34,784 nucleotides of DNA from Terriglobia bacterium (GCA_965223005.1 CBDCVK010000001.1:1-34784); one strand, 5' to 3'; positions 10,044 through 19,691 are shown, counted from the stretch's first letter. The notes: a model not told the origin generated them from the letters alone. Numbers and translations: made by a program.

Positions 10044-10286
10044 GGTTGATGTGGTGCCACGCCGCTTCGTTGGCTTTTCGCGGTGGTAAAACAGTACGCT
10101 GCCTTTCCGAAGTCTATAAGTTGATTTGCTAATCCTGCAGTAGAAAGAATGGGCCGGTTTGTTGTATTTTCATTCCCTTGTGACAGCAGTCGCAACCCGG
10201 AATCCCGAGGCATAACTGGCGCCCTCCGTGCGGGCATATTCGCATCGGTAATGACCGACGGAAGGCATCGTGAGGGGAGCAAGCAA

Positions 10287-10484
10287 ATGGTCAGTGGAGA
10301 ACTGATTCGTCTAAAAACTCTGGTGGATGATTGCAGCCGCATGGCGCGCATCATCCAGCGCGAATACCCGCGTCTGGACCCCAGCGAACAGGTCGAACTG
10401 GCCGAGTACATTCGGAAACACGCGCCTAGGTTAGACGACGTGATTGGCCCTGCCCCGGCTTCGAACCAAACACCGCAAAGCTGA
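10287..10484 (+). CDS. Small hypothetical helical protein (65 aa)
   Basis: GAGGGGAG upstream of ATG 10287 inside ORF 10149..10484; protein-like composition (MVSGELIRLKTLVDDCSRMARIIQREYP...). Confidence 0.5.
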   Translation: MVSGELIRLKTLVDDCSRMARIIQREYPRLDPSEQVELAEYIRKHAPRLDDVIGPAPASNQTPQS

Positions 10485-10511
10485 GAGGTCACCACGGATA
10501 GCAGTTTCACT

Positions 10512-10542
10512 CACGAAGCCAGCTAGCCACGAAGCCAGCTAG
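10512..10542. repeat. Short tandem direct repeat
   Basis: CACGAAGCCAGCTAG occurs twice with a 16-bp period. Confidence 0.85.
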
Positions 10543-10695
10543 AGGGATACACCGCGCCGCGCTCCCGTCACAGCAGGCAGAATCCGGTGAGCAGCAACCC
10601 CAGCCCCGAGACAGCCTCGCTCATGTCCACCCGCAGCCGAATTTCATCGGGCGAGTGGGCCAGCCAGACTGTTGCTGGGATGTTTTCTCAACCTT

Positions 10696-12102
10696 TCAAC
10701 GTACCGTTGGTGTGTCCGGATGCGGAGTTGCGTGGTAAAGGTAGCGGGTTCCGCCAGCGAGCGCGAGGTTGCGTCCCACGCGGAAGAACTTGTGCAGGCA
10801 ACTCTCAAATGAGGGACGGCTATAGTCGTCGTAGGTGTCGTCTTTGTTGAGCAGAAGCTGACGAACCATGGGATCGTCTTTGCTCACGAACTCGATGATC
10901 AGGGAAGTCTCCAAGCTAGACAACCACGCAATGAGAGACTCCACGGGTATGTTGGCGCTTATAGCCATGTGGTGAATCAAAGCTAAGCACAGCACCAAAT
11001 CCGGCTTGCCCCGGTCCGGCAGGGACTGGCGCTCGCTACCCGACCATCCCTGCCCGGGAGAAATATTGGCCAGGTTCATCACCAGTGGGAGGATGTTCTG
11101 GCAGCGTTCTTTTCCTAGGTTTCGATAAAGGACCTCAACAGAAGCATGGTCGGCATCCATGGCGACCACATACTCAGCGTGTTTGGCAGCGACTCGGCTG
11201 AAATGGCCAATGTTGCAGCCTAGATCCCACACCAGACGATGTTTCCGGCTGGACACTATTTGGCGGACGAAATCCTCCTTTTGTCGCATGCCAACATCGC
11301 TATAGCTGCGAGCTTCATCGTAGTCCACCCAAGTGGAGTCACTCGCTTCTACCCTCAATTTGTGGATCACATGGCGCAAGCCGCGGAGGTTGTTGACAAT
11401 CGCACTTTTCGGCAAGCCAGCCGCCTTGATTTTGCTGCGCACGCTGGTGCGAGCAGCGGCTAGACACTTCTGCATCACCGCTTGCAAATAAACGTGCGTG
11501 AACACTCCGGGGCGAAGCAGGTCCAGAGTTCCAAAAAGTTGAGAGAAGGTGGCAGGATCCAAACCTTCTAATTGGCTTCGCAGCCAGCTTTGGAACGGAA
11601 CTTGCTTGTGGGCTTGGAGCATCAGAGGGAAGAGGAACATTTTGCAAAATTGGTTGTAGCCGATCCAGGGTTCACCGAGGTTGAAGCGGGCAAATGAGAG
11701 AACGTCGATGAAGATGGGGCGGGCTCCTATGTACTGGACATTAAAGGCCGAGGAGTCTTTGAGGATCAGATCGTGAGAGAGGCACCTTTCCAGTATATCG
11801 AGATGCAGGAGGGCGGCGTCCTTGAGCATCCCAAACGGCCACTCGTATGGGTAGGAGATAAAAGGGACGCGCTCGTGTTCGACCACAGCCCTGCTTGCAT
11901 CCACGACCTGCTCCAGAAACATGGAGCGCACATCTACCGCACGAGTTGGGATTAGCAGACGATCTTTCTGCAAATCCTGGAACAAAGGCGAAGCCGAAAA
12001 GCAGTTCCAGTCTTCCAACGAATGTTGACCAATGGCACGGAAGACTTTCCGATTCATCAGAAAAATAAAGCCCCCTGGGTCCCGGTACGAGCCCGCGTCC
12101 AC
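10696..12102 (-). CDS. NoeA-like protein: kinase-like N-terminal region plus class I SAM-dependent methyltransferase
   Basis: GSYRDPGG, ISYPYEWPF, LKDSSAFNVQY, IFIDVLSF; C-terminal VWDLGCNIGHFS, VAMDAD, LCLALIHH, IIEFV. Confidence 0.8.
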   Translation of the reverse strand: MDAGSYRDPGGFIFLMNRKVFRAIGQHSLEDWNCFSASPLFQDLQKDRLLIPTRAVDVRSMFLEQVVDASRAVVEHERVPFISYPYEWPFGMLKDAALLHLDILERCLSHDLILKDSSAFNVQYIGARPIFIDVLSFARFNLGEPWIGYNQFCKMFLFPLMLQAHKQVPFQSWLRSQLEGLDPATFSQLFGTLDLLRPGVFTHVYLQAVMQKCLAAARTSVRSKIKAAGLPKSAIVNNLRGLRHVIHKLRVEASDSTWVDYDEARSYSDVGMRQKEDFVRQIVSSRKHRLVWDLGCNIGHFSRVAAKHAEYVVAMDADHASVEVLYRNLGKERCQNILPLVMNLANISPGQGWSGSERQSLPDRGKPDLVLCLALIHHMAISANIPVESLIAWLSSLETSLIIEFVSKDDPMVRQLLLNKDDTYDDYSRPSFESCLHKFFRVGRNLALAGGTRYLYHATPHPDTPTVR

Positions 12103-12336
12103 CTGGACAGCCTTTCCTTCTGGAATCGGGGCCTTGCCGTGAGGATGAGGCAGGAAATTCGAGCACGGGTTGTTATCGATGGCGTGGCTCCTTACGACAT
12201 GGGAAACAGGGTCAACCTCAACGGAACACGCTGTTGGAGATCACAAAAATATAGTGATGGCTCGTGGGCCACAGAAGGCCCTATATGAGAGCTTCCAGAC
12301 AATCCATGCTTTCGCCATAAGATATGAACTAAATAA

Positions 12337-12534
12337 TTACTTCTCTTGTTTCCCAAAGCCAAGCAGTCTGTAAAGCCTTTGCTTGAACAGCCGGAAAAAG
12401 ACGAATGCCCCAGCCGCACCACCTAGTAGCAACTGTAACAGCATGCTTCCTGCGCCCGGATCGATGTATGCGTGGGCGGCTAGTGGATTGGCCAGCAGGG
12501 CTAGCAGGGTAAGAATCACGTGAGGGTTCTTCAT
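12337..12534 (-). CDS. Small membrane protein of the uncharacterised 'YIDPGxGS' type
   Basis: Signal peptide ending AHA, then YIDPGAGS, a hydrophobic helix and a basic tail (RLFKQRLYRLLGFGKQEK); GAGGT RBS. Confidence 0.8.
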   Translation of the reverse strand: MKNPHVILTLLALLANPLAAHAYIDPGAGSMLLQLLLGGAAGAFVFFRLFKQRLYRLLGFGKQEK

Positions 12535-12690
12535 TTCAAGTACCTCAAAGCAGTCTAAAGATCGTGCACCGCTTCATAGAAGCCATCTATCTACCCAGAG
12601 AATACCATTCTAGAGGATGATGGGCATAGCATGAATCTGCCAGCTCCGGCCCGGGTTGCCGCGAACGACAAAGTGAGTCGCCAGTTGCTG

Positions 12691-14820
12691 CTACTCAAGC
12701 GGTTCCAAGCCGACATAGGCGAACACTATTGACAGGTGGCGACGATCTATTTCAACTTTCATTACCTTGCCCATGGCAAACTCAATCGTGTTGACCTTCT
12801 TGCGCGGCAGGTCGTCCGGCACTGAGATGACGTGCCTTTTGCTTCCAGTCAACTCCTGCTCGCCCAATTTGGCGAGCGCCTTGCCATTGATGGAAACCTC
12901 AACAGATTGCCCCGTGATCTCGGGCGGTACGTGGGTTTCGAACACCAGTTGAGCCCTCCCCGCCGTCGGAAAGGAAAGATAGACGCGGGCGAGTCTGCCC
13001 ACAACCCAGCGCATTGGTCGGCCATGGGTCTCCAACCCGCTGAAGCCTACGGCGAAACTACGGAAATTCTCGCGATTCATCGGCAGGACCGACGGACTCT
13101 CTCCGATGTCGGACAAGTTGGGCAAGATCCAGTCGTACTCATTAAATAGATTGCCATGAATACGATACCGCTGCATGTTTGGCAGCACCTGCAACAGAGC
13201 GACTCTTGAAAGGAGCTCGTGCGAAAAATATTGCCGCTCACGCTTGGCTCTCTCATCGAGTTGGAACATCGGAATGCCAGGGAATTCGCCATGCAGTTTG
13301 AAAGCGTCGTTGATAGTCGCCGGAACGTCACCGATACTGACCGGAGCAGTAGAGAATTCCAGAGGGCCCCGCGTCCTCAGCGGTTTTACCAACATAACCG
13401 GGTTTGCGACAGCCATCAGGTATTCGGGTATGATCGCTCCCACTTGAGAGGGGGACGGTATCGACGGTGACAGCCATGGGCTACCGTGGTCACCATGCAC
13501 CATAATAAGGGTTTCATCGTAGACACCAAGTCGGTTGAGAGCTTGAATCAGATGCTCTAATTGCAATAGAAAACAGGTGACCGGCGCGCGTGCGTTGTCG
13601 TAATTTGACTCCCGCGTCCCAACGTAGTTACACTTGTCGTCAAACTGCATCGGTGGGTGTCCGCCAGGATGATGAAAATAGTTGTAAGAGCCAGGACGGT
13701 TATCCGTGGCCATCTTTTCAATGAACAGATCTAGAATGCCTGAATATGTGCGAGTGTCACTTGCTATGCGGCTTAGAAACCATTGCTCCTCATTGTAAAT
13801 ATGGCGACGAATTGCAAGAGGCGCTACGCGAAACAATGCGACATCTAGCAGTTCTAGGGCGGCCTTTGCGGTGTTCGCCATGCCGACGGGTTTGATTGGC
13901 AGCCCATCGAAAATCCTCCCGCCTGTACAGGCGGTGTACATTCCGTCGCAGTTGAGTTCACCGAACTGAAAACCGAAGGCCTTGAAGCCTTTCCCTGTCA
14001 GTGTGTTTACGATCGAATGTTCCCCGAGGGTTCTGCGGATATAGTCCCATGTGAACGGCTGAGACGAAACCATATCTCGGCTAGGATCGGGGGCTCGGCC
14101 AGTCATGTAGAAGGGCACCGAGGCATAGGTGCTGGGGTATCGGCCGGCTGCATGCGTGAAGAGGGTAAAACCATCCAAGACTCCCGAATAGCGATCCAAA
14201 TCTGAAGTGAGGATGTCGTACACTTGAGCACCCTGGGTGCCATCCGCCACAAGATGAATTACGTTACGCTCTCTGGATAGCCGATAAAACTCTCTAAAGT
14301 AAAGAGATGTATCTCGAACATCTTTTGCGGATTGTCGAATCGCATCACGCTTGGAAATCGTCGCCTGAAGGAACCCGAGGCCATGGAATAACAGAATGAA
14401 GAGCGAAATAGAGTAGAAAAGCCCTTGGCGGCGCCTGAATCCAGCAATCAGAATTGCCAGGCAGACGATTGCGGCTATTTCTATATTTGAGAGCGTACTC
14501 AGTGCTTTCCAATCAATCAATGTCCCGTCAAAGGGTCCATGTCCCGCGAGACCAAACAATATCCTGGATTCAATGAAAGCTACGACGCTGAGGAATGTAA
14601 CCGCCGCCAAGAATATCTGAGAGGGAAGCTTACGAGCAGCAAAGGACAAAACCGCAATCAGGCTGCACGAGACGAGTAGGAACAAGAAAACCAAGTGAAC
14701 GAAGTTCACTGAAAAGTCGATTATGTTGTTCAGAAATATTTGAAGCGGAGTAAAGAAGAATACCTGCAAGACAAAAGCAGAAACGATTGCAACTATCCTC
14801 CAGTCAACGCGCCTAATCAT
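12691..14820 (-). CDS. Membrane-anchored alkaline-phosphatase-superfamily (sulfatase-like/LtaS-like) phosphotransferase or hydrolase
   Basis: About 5 N-terminal TM helices; NVIHLVADG, YPSTYAS (Thr at the nucleophile position), HHPGGHPP, IMVHGDHG; beta-rich C-terminal domain. Confidence 0.78.
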   Translation of the reverse strand: MIRRVDWRIVAIVSAFVLQVFFFTPLQIFLNNIIDFSVNFVHLVFLFLLVSCSLIAVLSFAARKLPSQIFLAAVTFLSVVAFIESRILFGLAGHGPFDGTLIDWKALSTLSNIEIAAIVCLAILIAGFRRRQGLFYSISLFILLFHGLGFLQATISKRDAIRQSAKDVRDTSLYFREFYRLSRERNVIHLVADGTQGAQVYDILTSDLDRYSGVLDGFTLFTHAAGRYPSTYASVPFYMTGRAPDPSRDMVSSQPFTWDYIRRTLGEHSIVNTLTGKGFKAFGFQFGELNCDGMYTACTGGRIFDGLPIKPVGMANTAKAALELLDVALFRVAPLAIRRHIYNEEQWFLSRIASDTRTYSGILDLFIEKMATDNRPGSYNYFHHPGGHPPMQFDDKCNYVGTRESNYDNARAPVTCFLLQLEHLIQALNRLGVYDETLIMVHGDHGSPWLSPSIPSPSQVGAIIPEYLMAVANPVMLVKPLRTRGPLEFSTAPVSIGDVPATINDAFKLHGEFPGIPMFQLDERAKRERQYFSHELLSRVALLQVLPNMQRYRIHGNLFNEYDWILPNLSDIGESPSVLPMNRENFRSFAVGFSGLETHGRPMRWVVGRLARVYLSFPTAGRAQLVFETHVPPEITGQSVEVSINGKALAKLGEQELTGSKRHVISVPDDLPRKKVNTIEFAMGKVMKVEIDRRHLSIVFAYVGLEPLE

Positions 14821-14996
14821 TAGTGTATGCGCTTGGAGTGTATGCTGTTGGGCATGTCATGGGAAATGTGAAAACGGCTCCAGGAAAAGCGGATTGCGGA
14901 AGAACAACGCTGTGGATCCCACGTAATAGAGCAGCACCCCAAGGGGTTCTTTGCTTGCCTTCCACTGGGACAGGCGCAATCAGTCCTCCCCCAACG

Positions 14997-15796
14997 CTAG
15001 CGTCGTTCTAATTTCTCCGAGGCAATCGCGCCGGTAGGGTCGAGGAGTCGCGACTCGGTGGAGCCAACAGGGGCTGGCACACCGGCGTTCCGCTTGGCTT
15101 TAGTCACGGCGCATTTCAGAATGGTCCAGATTGCCGCTACACCATCCTTCCAGTTGATCTTTTTCCCTCACTGTAGTCGCGGCCGCGGTAGCTGATGGGC
15201 ACCTCGTAGATCTGGCACTTCAACTGCGACACCCGTGCCGTGACTTCCGGCTCGAACCCAAAGCGGTTGGAAGTCAGGCGCAGACCTTTGAGCACGTCGG
15301 CGCGGAACGCCTTGTAGCAGGTTTCCATGTCTGTCAGGCTCAGGTTAGTGGCGAGGTTGGAAAGCAGCGTCAGGAACCGGTTTCCCTGCGTGTGCCAGAA
15401 CCGAGTCACACGGCGGGTAGAGCCGGCGAAGCGCGAGCCGTAAACCACGTCGGCCTTCCCTTCCAAGATCGGCGCAAGCAGGCGCGGGTATTCAGCCGGA
15501 TCGTATTCCAGGTCCGCATCCTGGATCAAAATGATCTGGCCCGCTGCACGCTCGATGCCGGCCCGCACAGCCGCCCCCTTACCCCGGTTGCGGGGCTGGT
15601 GAATCACCCGGAGACGAGGGTCAGTAGCGGCCAGCTCGTCCAGCAGCTCTCGACTGCCGTCGGTAGAGCAATCGTCCACCGCGAGGATCTCTTTTTCGAT
15701 CGGCACCTGGTGCACGCGGCGCAGAACTTCGTGAAGCGTCCGCCGCTCGTTATAGACTGGCAGGATCACCGATAGCAGCGGACCACCTTCGGCCAT
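14997..15796 (-). CDS. GT2 polyprenol-phosphate glycosyltransferase (DPM1-like); one base missing in an A-run near the 3' end
   Basis: LSVILPVYNE, DDCSTDGS, NRGKGAA, QDADLEYDP, VVYGSRF, DMETCYK, FGFEPE. One extra A at 15160-15164 restores EGKKINWKDG and extends the frame to TAG 14997-14999. Confidence 0.88.
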
Positions 15797-15905
15797 GCGA
15801 CTAACTCTAGACTCCGGCCCAGCCCGCGTCAAGGCCGCCCGCTTCTGTTTCTTTAGGTGTTTCTTTGGTGTTTCTTGGCGCCGCCCAGATCTAAGCACAG
15901 CACCC

Positions 15906-15934
15906 TTGCGCGCCGCGCAACATTGGGGTACCAT
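15906..15934 (+). promoter_or_regulatory. Sigma70-type promoter for the riboswitch/btuB transcript
   Basis: TTGCGC, 17-nt spacer, TACCAT, just upstream of the riboswitch. Confidence 0.55.
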
Positions 15935-15947
15935 TCCTCCGGACATT

Positions 15948-16132
15948 GGGTTCCCGGTGTCCGCCGGATGGTCCGGCGGCATGGGAAGCTGGTGCAAATC
16001 CAGCACGGCCCCGCCACTGTGATTGCCGAGGACGTGCCCCGAACGCCACTGTCCGCAAGGACGGGAAGGCGGGCACGGCCGTTCCCGAGAAAATCGGGAG
16101 TCATGCATAAGTCAGGAGACCGGCCGGGAATC
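15948..16132 (+). promoter_or_regulatory. Cobalamin (AdoCbl) riboswitch
   Basis: GGGAAgctGGTGcAAATCCagc, GCCCCGCCACTGTGA, GCCACTG...GGGAAGGC, AAGTCAGGAGACCGGCC; closing pairing TTCCCGG/CCGGGAA; upstream of a TonB-dependent receptor. Confidence 0.93.
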
Positions 16133-16166
16133 TCACTCGTTCCCCTGTCGAGGGATAGGAGGAGAG

Positions 16167-18356
16167 ATGACTCGCCGGCTTTCAATTTCCCTGATCTTAG
16201 TTTCGACCCTACTGTTGCTTCTGCCTTCGGCTCTCTTTGCCCAGATCACTGGGACAGTCCTGGACCCGCAAGGCGCGGCGATCCCGCGCGCGGTGGTGTA
16301 TCTGCTGGGAGCCGCCTCTCCGCGCGCCGTAGCCAGCGATGCCGACGGGCGCTTTCGTTTTGAGGCGCCGGCCGACGGCGCCTATACGCTGCTGGCCTCG
16401 GTGCCGGGGCTCAGAGGCACGCCACAAAAAATTCGTGTCCAGGGCGACGCCGTGCGCACCGAGCTCCGCCTGCAACTAGCCGCGCGCAGCGAGGTTGTGG
16501 TAGTGACCGCCGAGCGGAGAGAGTTACCAGCCTCGGCGGTGGCTCCCTCGATCAGCGTCCTGACCCGGGACCAACTGGAGGAGATGCACGCTGAAAACGT
16601 GGCCCAGGCGCTGCGTCACATCCCCGGTCTGGCCGTAGTGCAGACGGGCCGGCGCGGCGGCGTCACCGGCGTCTTCGCGCGTGGTGGCGATTCCAATTTC
16701 AACCTGGTGATGGTGGATGGCGTCCGGGTGAACGACTTTGGCGGCGCATTCAACTTTGCCCACCTCCCCGTGGAGATCGTCGACCGCATCGAGGTCGTGC
16801 GCGGCCCGCAGAGCGCGCTCTACGGGCTGAATGCCATCGGTTCGGTCGTCCACATCATCACCCGCCGGGCCACCAGCCCGTTCCAGTTTCACGGCGAGGC
16901 CGAGGGCGGCAGCTTCGCGACCGCTCGCGGCTCGTTCGGCGCCGGGGGCCGAGCGGGCCGCTTCGGCTGGAATTTCGACCTGATGCGCCACTCCAGCGAC
17001 GGTGTGGTTCCCAACGATGACTACCTCAACCAGGCCGGCTCGCTGCACCTGGAATATGAGCCGACCGCCACCAGCCGCCTCCGTTACACGCTGTTCGCCG
17101 ACGCCAACGAGTCCGGCGCCCCCGGCCCGTTTCGCGTCCGCCCGGTGAACCAGGTCAGCCGCCTCAAGCAGAACTCCTACGTCAACGGCCTGGACTTCGA
17201 ATTCACGCGTGGGCGCTTCCGCCAGAAGCTGAGCGGCAGTTTCTACACCGATCGCCTGGACTTCGTCTCGTCCTTCGGCACTTCGCGCTCGCGGCAGTCT
17301 CGCGGCAGCTTCGCAACCGAGACGCAGGTGGCGCTGGCCGAGAGCGACACGCTCAACTTCGGCTTCGAGTACCAGCGCGAGCGCTTCGGCAACACCTTCA
17401 TCACGGATGAACGAGGCAGCGACTTTCCCCTGTTCCGCAACAATTTCGGCTGGTTCGTGGAAAACCTCTACGAGCACGACGGGCGCCTGTTCCTCAGCAC
17501 CGGGTTCCGCCTGGAAAATATCCGCACCACGGCGCTGCCCGCCGACGCCTTTGGCACCCGGCCGGCGATTGACGCCCACAGCAGGCTGGCGCTGAGCCCG
17601 AAGGTCTCGGTGGCGTATCTGCTCGGGCCCGGTTTGGCGACCAAGATCCATGGCAGCGCCGGAACCGGGTTACGTGCTCCGAACGGCTTCGAACTGACCT
17701 TCACCAACAATCCGGAACTGGCCCCGGAACGAACCACCAGCTTTGATCTGGGAATCCAGCAGGAACTGGCCGGCCGCCGTGTGGTGCTCGACTTGACTTA
17801 CTTCCACAACCGCTACCACGACCTGATCGTCACCCTGCGGGGCGACCTCAGCGAACTGAGCAGCTGGCAGTCGGACAACCTGGCCAACTCACGCGCGCAG
17901 GGGCTGGAGCTTTCCGGCGCCTTTCGTCCCACCGGGTGGATCAACTTTAGCGGCCATTACACCTGGCTGAAGAGCGAGGTACTTTCGCTGGATGGGGCTC
18001 CCGGGCGCGGGCCCACGCCGTTCCGCGTCGGACAGCGCCTGCTGCGCCGACCCGCACATTCGGGCGCCTATCTGGCCACCTGGCGCATTAAGCGCCTGCG
18101 TCTGAAGCTGAACACCGGCGCCTTTTGGCGCTCCGAGACTCTCGACGCCGACCCCGTCCTGGGCCCGAGCGGCGGCCTGCTGATCAATCCCGGCTACGTT
18201 CGCCCGGACCTTGGCGCGGAGGTCGCCTTGAGCCCGGAGGTAGCCCTGTTCGGGCGCCTGTACAACTTCAGCGACAGCCGCTACGAGGAGGCGCTGGGCT
18301 TCCCCGCCCTGCGGCGCAATTTCGTCGCTGGCCTAAAATTCCGCTGGCGGAAGTAA
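16167..18356 (+). CDS. btuB: TonB-dependent cobalamin receptor with N-terminal carboxypeptidase-regulatory-like domain
   Basis: AGGAGG RBS; signal peptide; EVVVVTAER, plug motif DRIEVVRGPQSALYG..AIG; aromatic C-terminus; under a B12 riboswitch. Confidence 0.88.
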   Translation: MTRRLSISLILVSTLLLLLPSALFAQITGTVLDPQGAAIPRAVVYLLGAASPRAVASDADGRFRFEAPADGAYTLLASVPGLRGTPQKIRVQGDAVRTELRLQLAARSEVVVVTAERRELPASAVAPSISVLTRDQLEEMHAENVAQALRHIPGLAVVQTGRRGGVTGVFARGGDSNFNLVMVDGVRVNDFGGAFNFAHLPVEIVDRIEVVRGPQSALYGLNAIGSVVHIITRRATSPFQFHGEAEGGSFATARGSFGAGGRAGRFGWNFDLMRHSSDGVVPNDDYLNQAGSLHLEYEPTATSRLRYTLFADANESGAPGPFRVRPVNQVSRLKQNSYVNGLDFEFTRGRFRQKLSGSFYTDRLDFVSSFGTSRSRQSRGSFATETQVALAESDTLNFGFEYQRERFGNTFITDERGSDFPLFRNNFGWFVENLYEHDGRLFLSTGFRLENIRTTALPADAFGTRPAIDAHSRLALSPKVSVAYLLGPGLATKIHGSAGTGLRAPNGFELTFTNNPELAPERTTSFDLGIQQELAGRRVVLDLTYFHNRYHDLIVTLRGDLSELSSWQSDNLANSRAQGLELSGAFRPTGWINFSGHYTWLKSEVLSLDGAPGRGPTPFRVGQRLLRRPAHSGAYLATWRIKRLRLKLNTGAFWRSETLDADPVLGPSGGLLINPGYVRPDLGAEVALSPEVALFGRLYNFSDSRYEEALGFPALRRNFVAGLKFRWRK

Positions 18357-18405
18357 CCGGGTCCCGCTGGCCCTATGACGCACCTCCAATGGAAGGAGAC
18401 GAGAG

Positions 18406-19008
18406 ATGTTGCCTACCTACTCAAGCAAATCGAGCCAACCCCTGAGACCGCTGACGCTCTCGCTGTGCCTCCTGAGTGCCGTAGCGCGGTTGGTGCCGCA
18501 TCCGCCCAACGTCACTCCGGTGGGCGGTCTGAGCCTCTTTGGCGGGGCACGGTTGCCAGGCTGGCAGGCTTACCTGATGCCGCTGCTCGTCATGTCCGTG
18601 ACCAATCCGATCCTGGCCGTGCTGCACGGATACCCCGTGTATCCGAAGACCACCTTGTTCGTGTACGCCGGCTTCCTGGTCAGCGTGTGGATTGGGCGCC
18701 GGCTGCGCCGTTCGGAAAACGCGCTGTGGATCGGGGGAGCGGTCTTTCTATGCAGCCTGCAGTTCTTCCTGCTGACCAACTTTGGCTGGTGGCTAACGAG
18801 CGCGGCCTACCCGAAGACATGGGCCGGACTGCTGTGGTGCTATTGGGTCGCCCTTCCGTTCTTCGGCCATACCCTGGGGGGTGATCTGCTCTACTCGGCA
18901 ATCCTGTTCGGGCTCCACGCCTGGTTGAGCCGGACCATGTTTCCACGCGAGAAGGTAGCCAAGGTATCCAGGGTGTCGTACAAGAGGGAAGCGACTGGCG
19001 CTGCGTGA
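18406..19008 (+). CDS. DUF6580-type putative cobalamin transport membrane protein (S-component-like)
   Basis: RLVPHPPNVTPVGGLSLFGGA, FFLLTNFGWW, YPKTWAGLLWCY..ALPFF..TLGGDLLY; multiple TM helices; AAGGAG RBS. Confidence 0.75.
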   Translation: MLPTYSSKSSQPLRPLTLSLCLLSAVARLVPHPPNVTPVGGLSLFGGARLPGWQAYLMPLLVMSVTNPILAVLHGYPVYPKTTLFVYAGFLVSVWIGRRLRRSENALWIGGAVFLCSLQFFLLTNFGWWLTSAAYPKTWAGLLWCYWVALPFFGHTLGGDLLYSAILFGLHAWLSRTMFPREKVAKVSRVSYKREATGAA

Positions 19009-19034
19009 GACAGACGAGGGAGGCGATCTAGGCT

Positions 19035-19691
19035 TTGAAGAAAGCGCTGGTCTCCTGGAGTAGCGGCAAAGACAGTGCCTGGGTGCTGCACGCGCTCCGG
19101 GATCGCGACGTTGAAGTCGCAGGCCTGCTGACGACGCTGAACCAGGCGTTTGACCGGGTGGCCATGCATGCAGTCCGGCGGACGCTGCTGGAAGCCCAGG
19201 CGAAATCGCTAGGGATACCGCTGTGGACTGTGCCTCTGCCCTGGCCCTGCTCAAACCAGCAGTACGAAGAAATTATGGCTGAGGTGTGCCAGCGCGCTGT
19301 GGGAAAGGGAATTGAGGCCGTAGCCTTCGGCGATTTGTACCTCGTGGACGTCAGGCAGTACCGGGAGCGCCAGCTGCAGGGAACCGGCCTGGCGCCCCTG
19401 TTCCCGCTGTGGGGAATCCCCACCGACGCCCTGGCCCGCGAAATGATCGCCAGCGGCCTCAAAGCCAAAATCACCTGCGTGGACCCAAAGGTTCTGCCCG
19501 GCCGCTTCGCGGGCCGAGACTTCGACGAAGCTTTCCTCACGGAGCTGCCGGATGGCACCGATCCCTGCGGAGAAAAAGGTGAGTTTCATTCCTTCGTCCA
19601 TGACGGACCCATGTTTCGAGAACCGATTCCTGTGACCGTGGGAGAGATCTGCGAGCGGGACGGCTTCGTGTTTGCCGATCTGGTAGGCTGA
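19035..19691 (+). CDS. PP-loop ATP pyrophosphatase, diphthine-ammonia-ligase/MJ0570 family
   Basis: SWSSGKDS, VAMHAVR, FGDLYL, FPLWG, DPCGEKGEFHSFVHDGPMF. Confidence 0.88.
   Translation: MKKALVSWSSGKDSAWVLHALRDRDVEVAGLLTTLNQAFDRVAMHAVRRTLLEAQAKSLGIPLWTVPLPWPCSNQQYEEIMAEVCQRAVGKGIEAVAFGDLYLVDVRQYRERQLQGTGLAPLFPLWGIPTDALAREMIASGLKAKITCVDPKVLPGRFAGRDFDEAFLTELPDGTDPCGEKGEFHSFVHDGPMFREPIPVTVGEICERDGFVFADLVG

Noticed and set aside
15797-16166. N-terminal extensions of the GT2 and btuB ORFs and short ORFs here
   Set aside because: They overlap the divergent promoter region and the cobalamin riboswitch; better starts are 15796 and 16167.
16524-17651. 375-aa antisense ORF (likewise 8610..9320, 30407..31126, 32325..33314, 33559..34407)
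   Set aside because: Shadow ORFs opposite well-supported genes in high-GC DNA, with no recognisable motifs.
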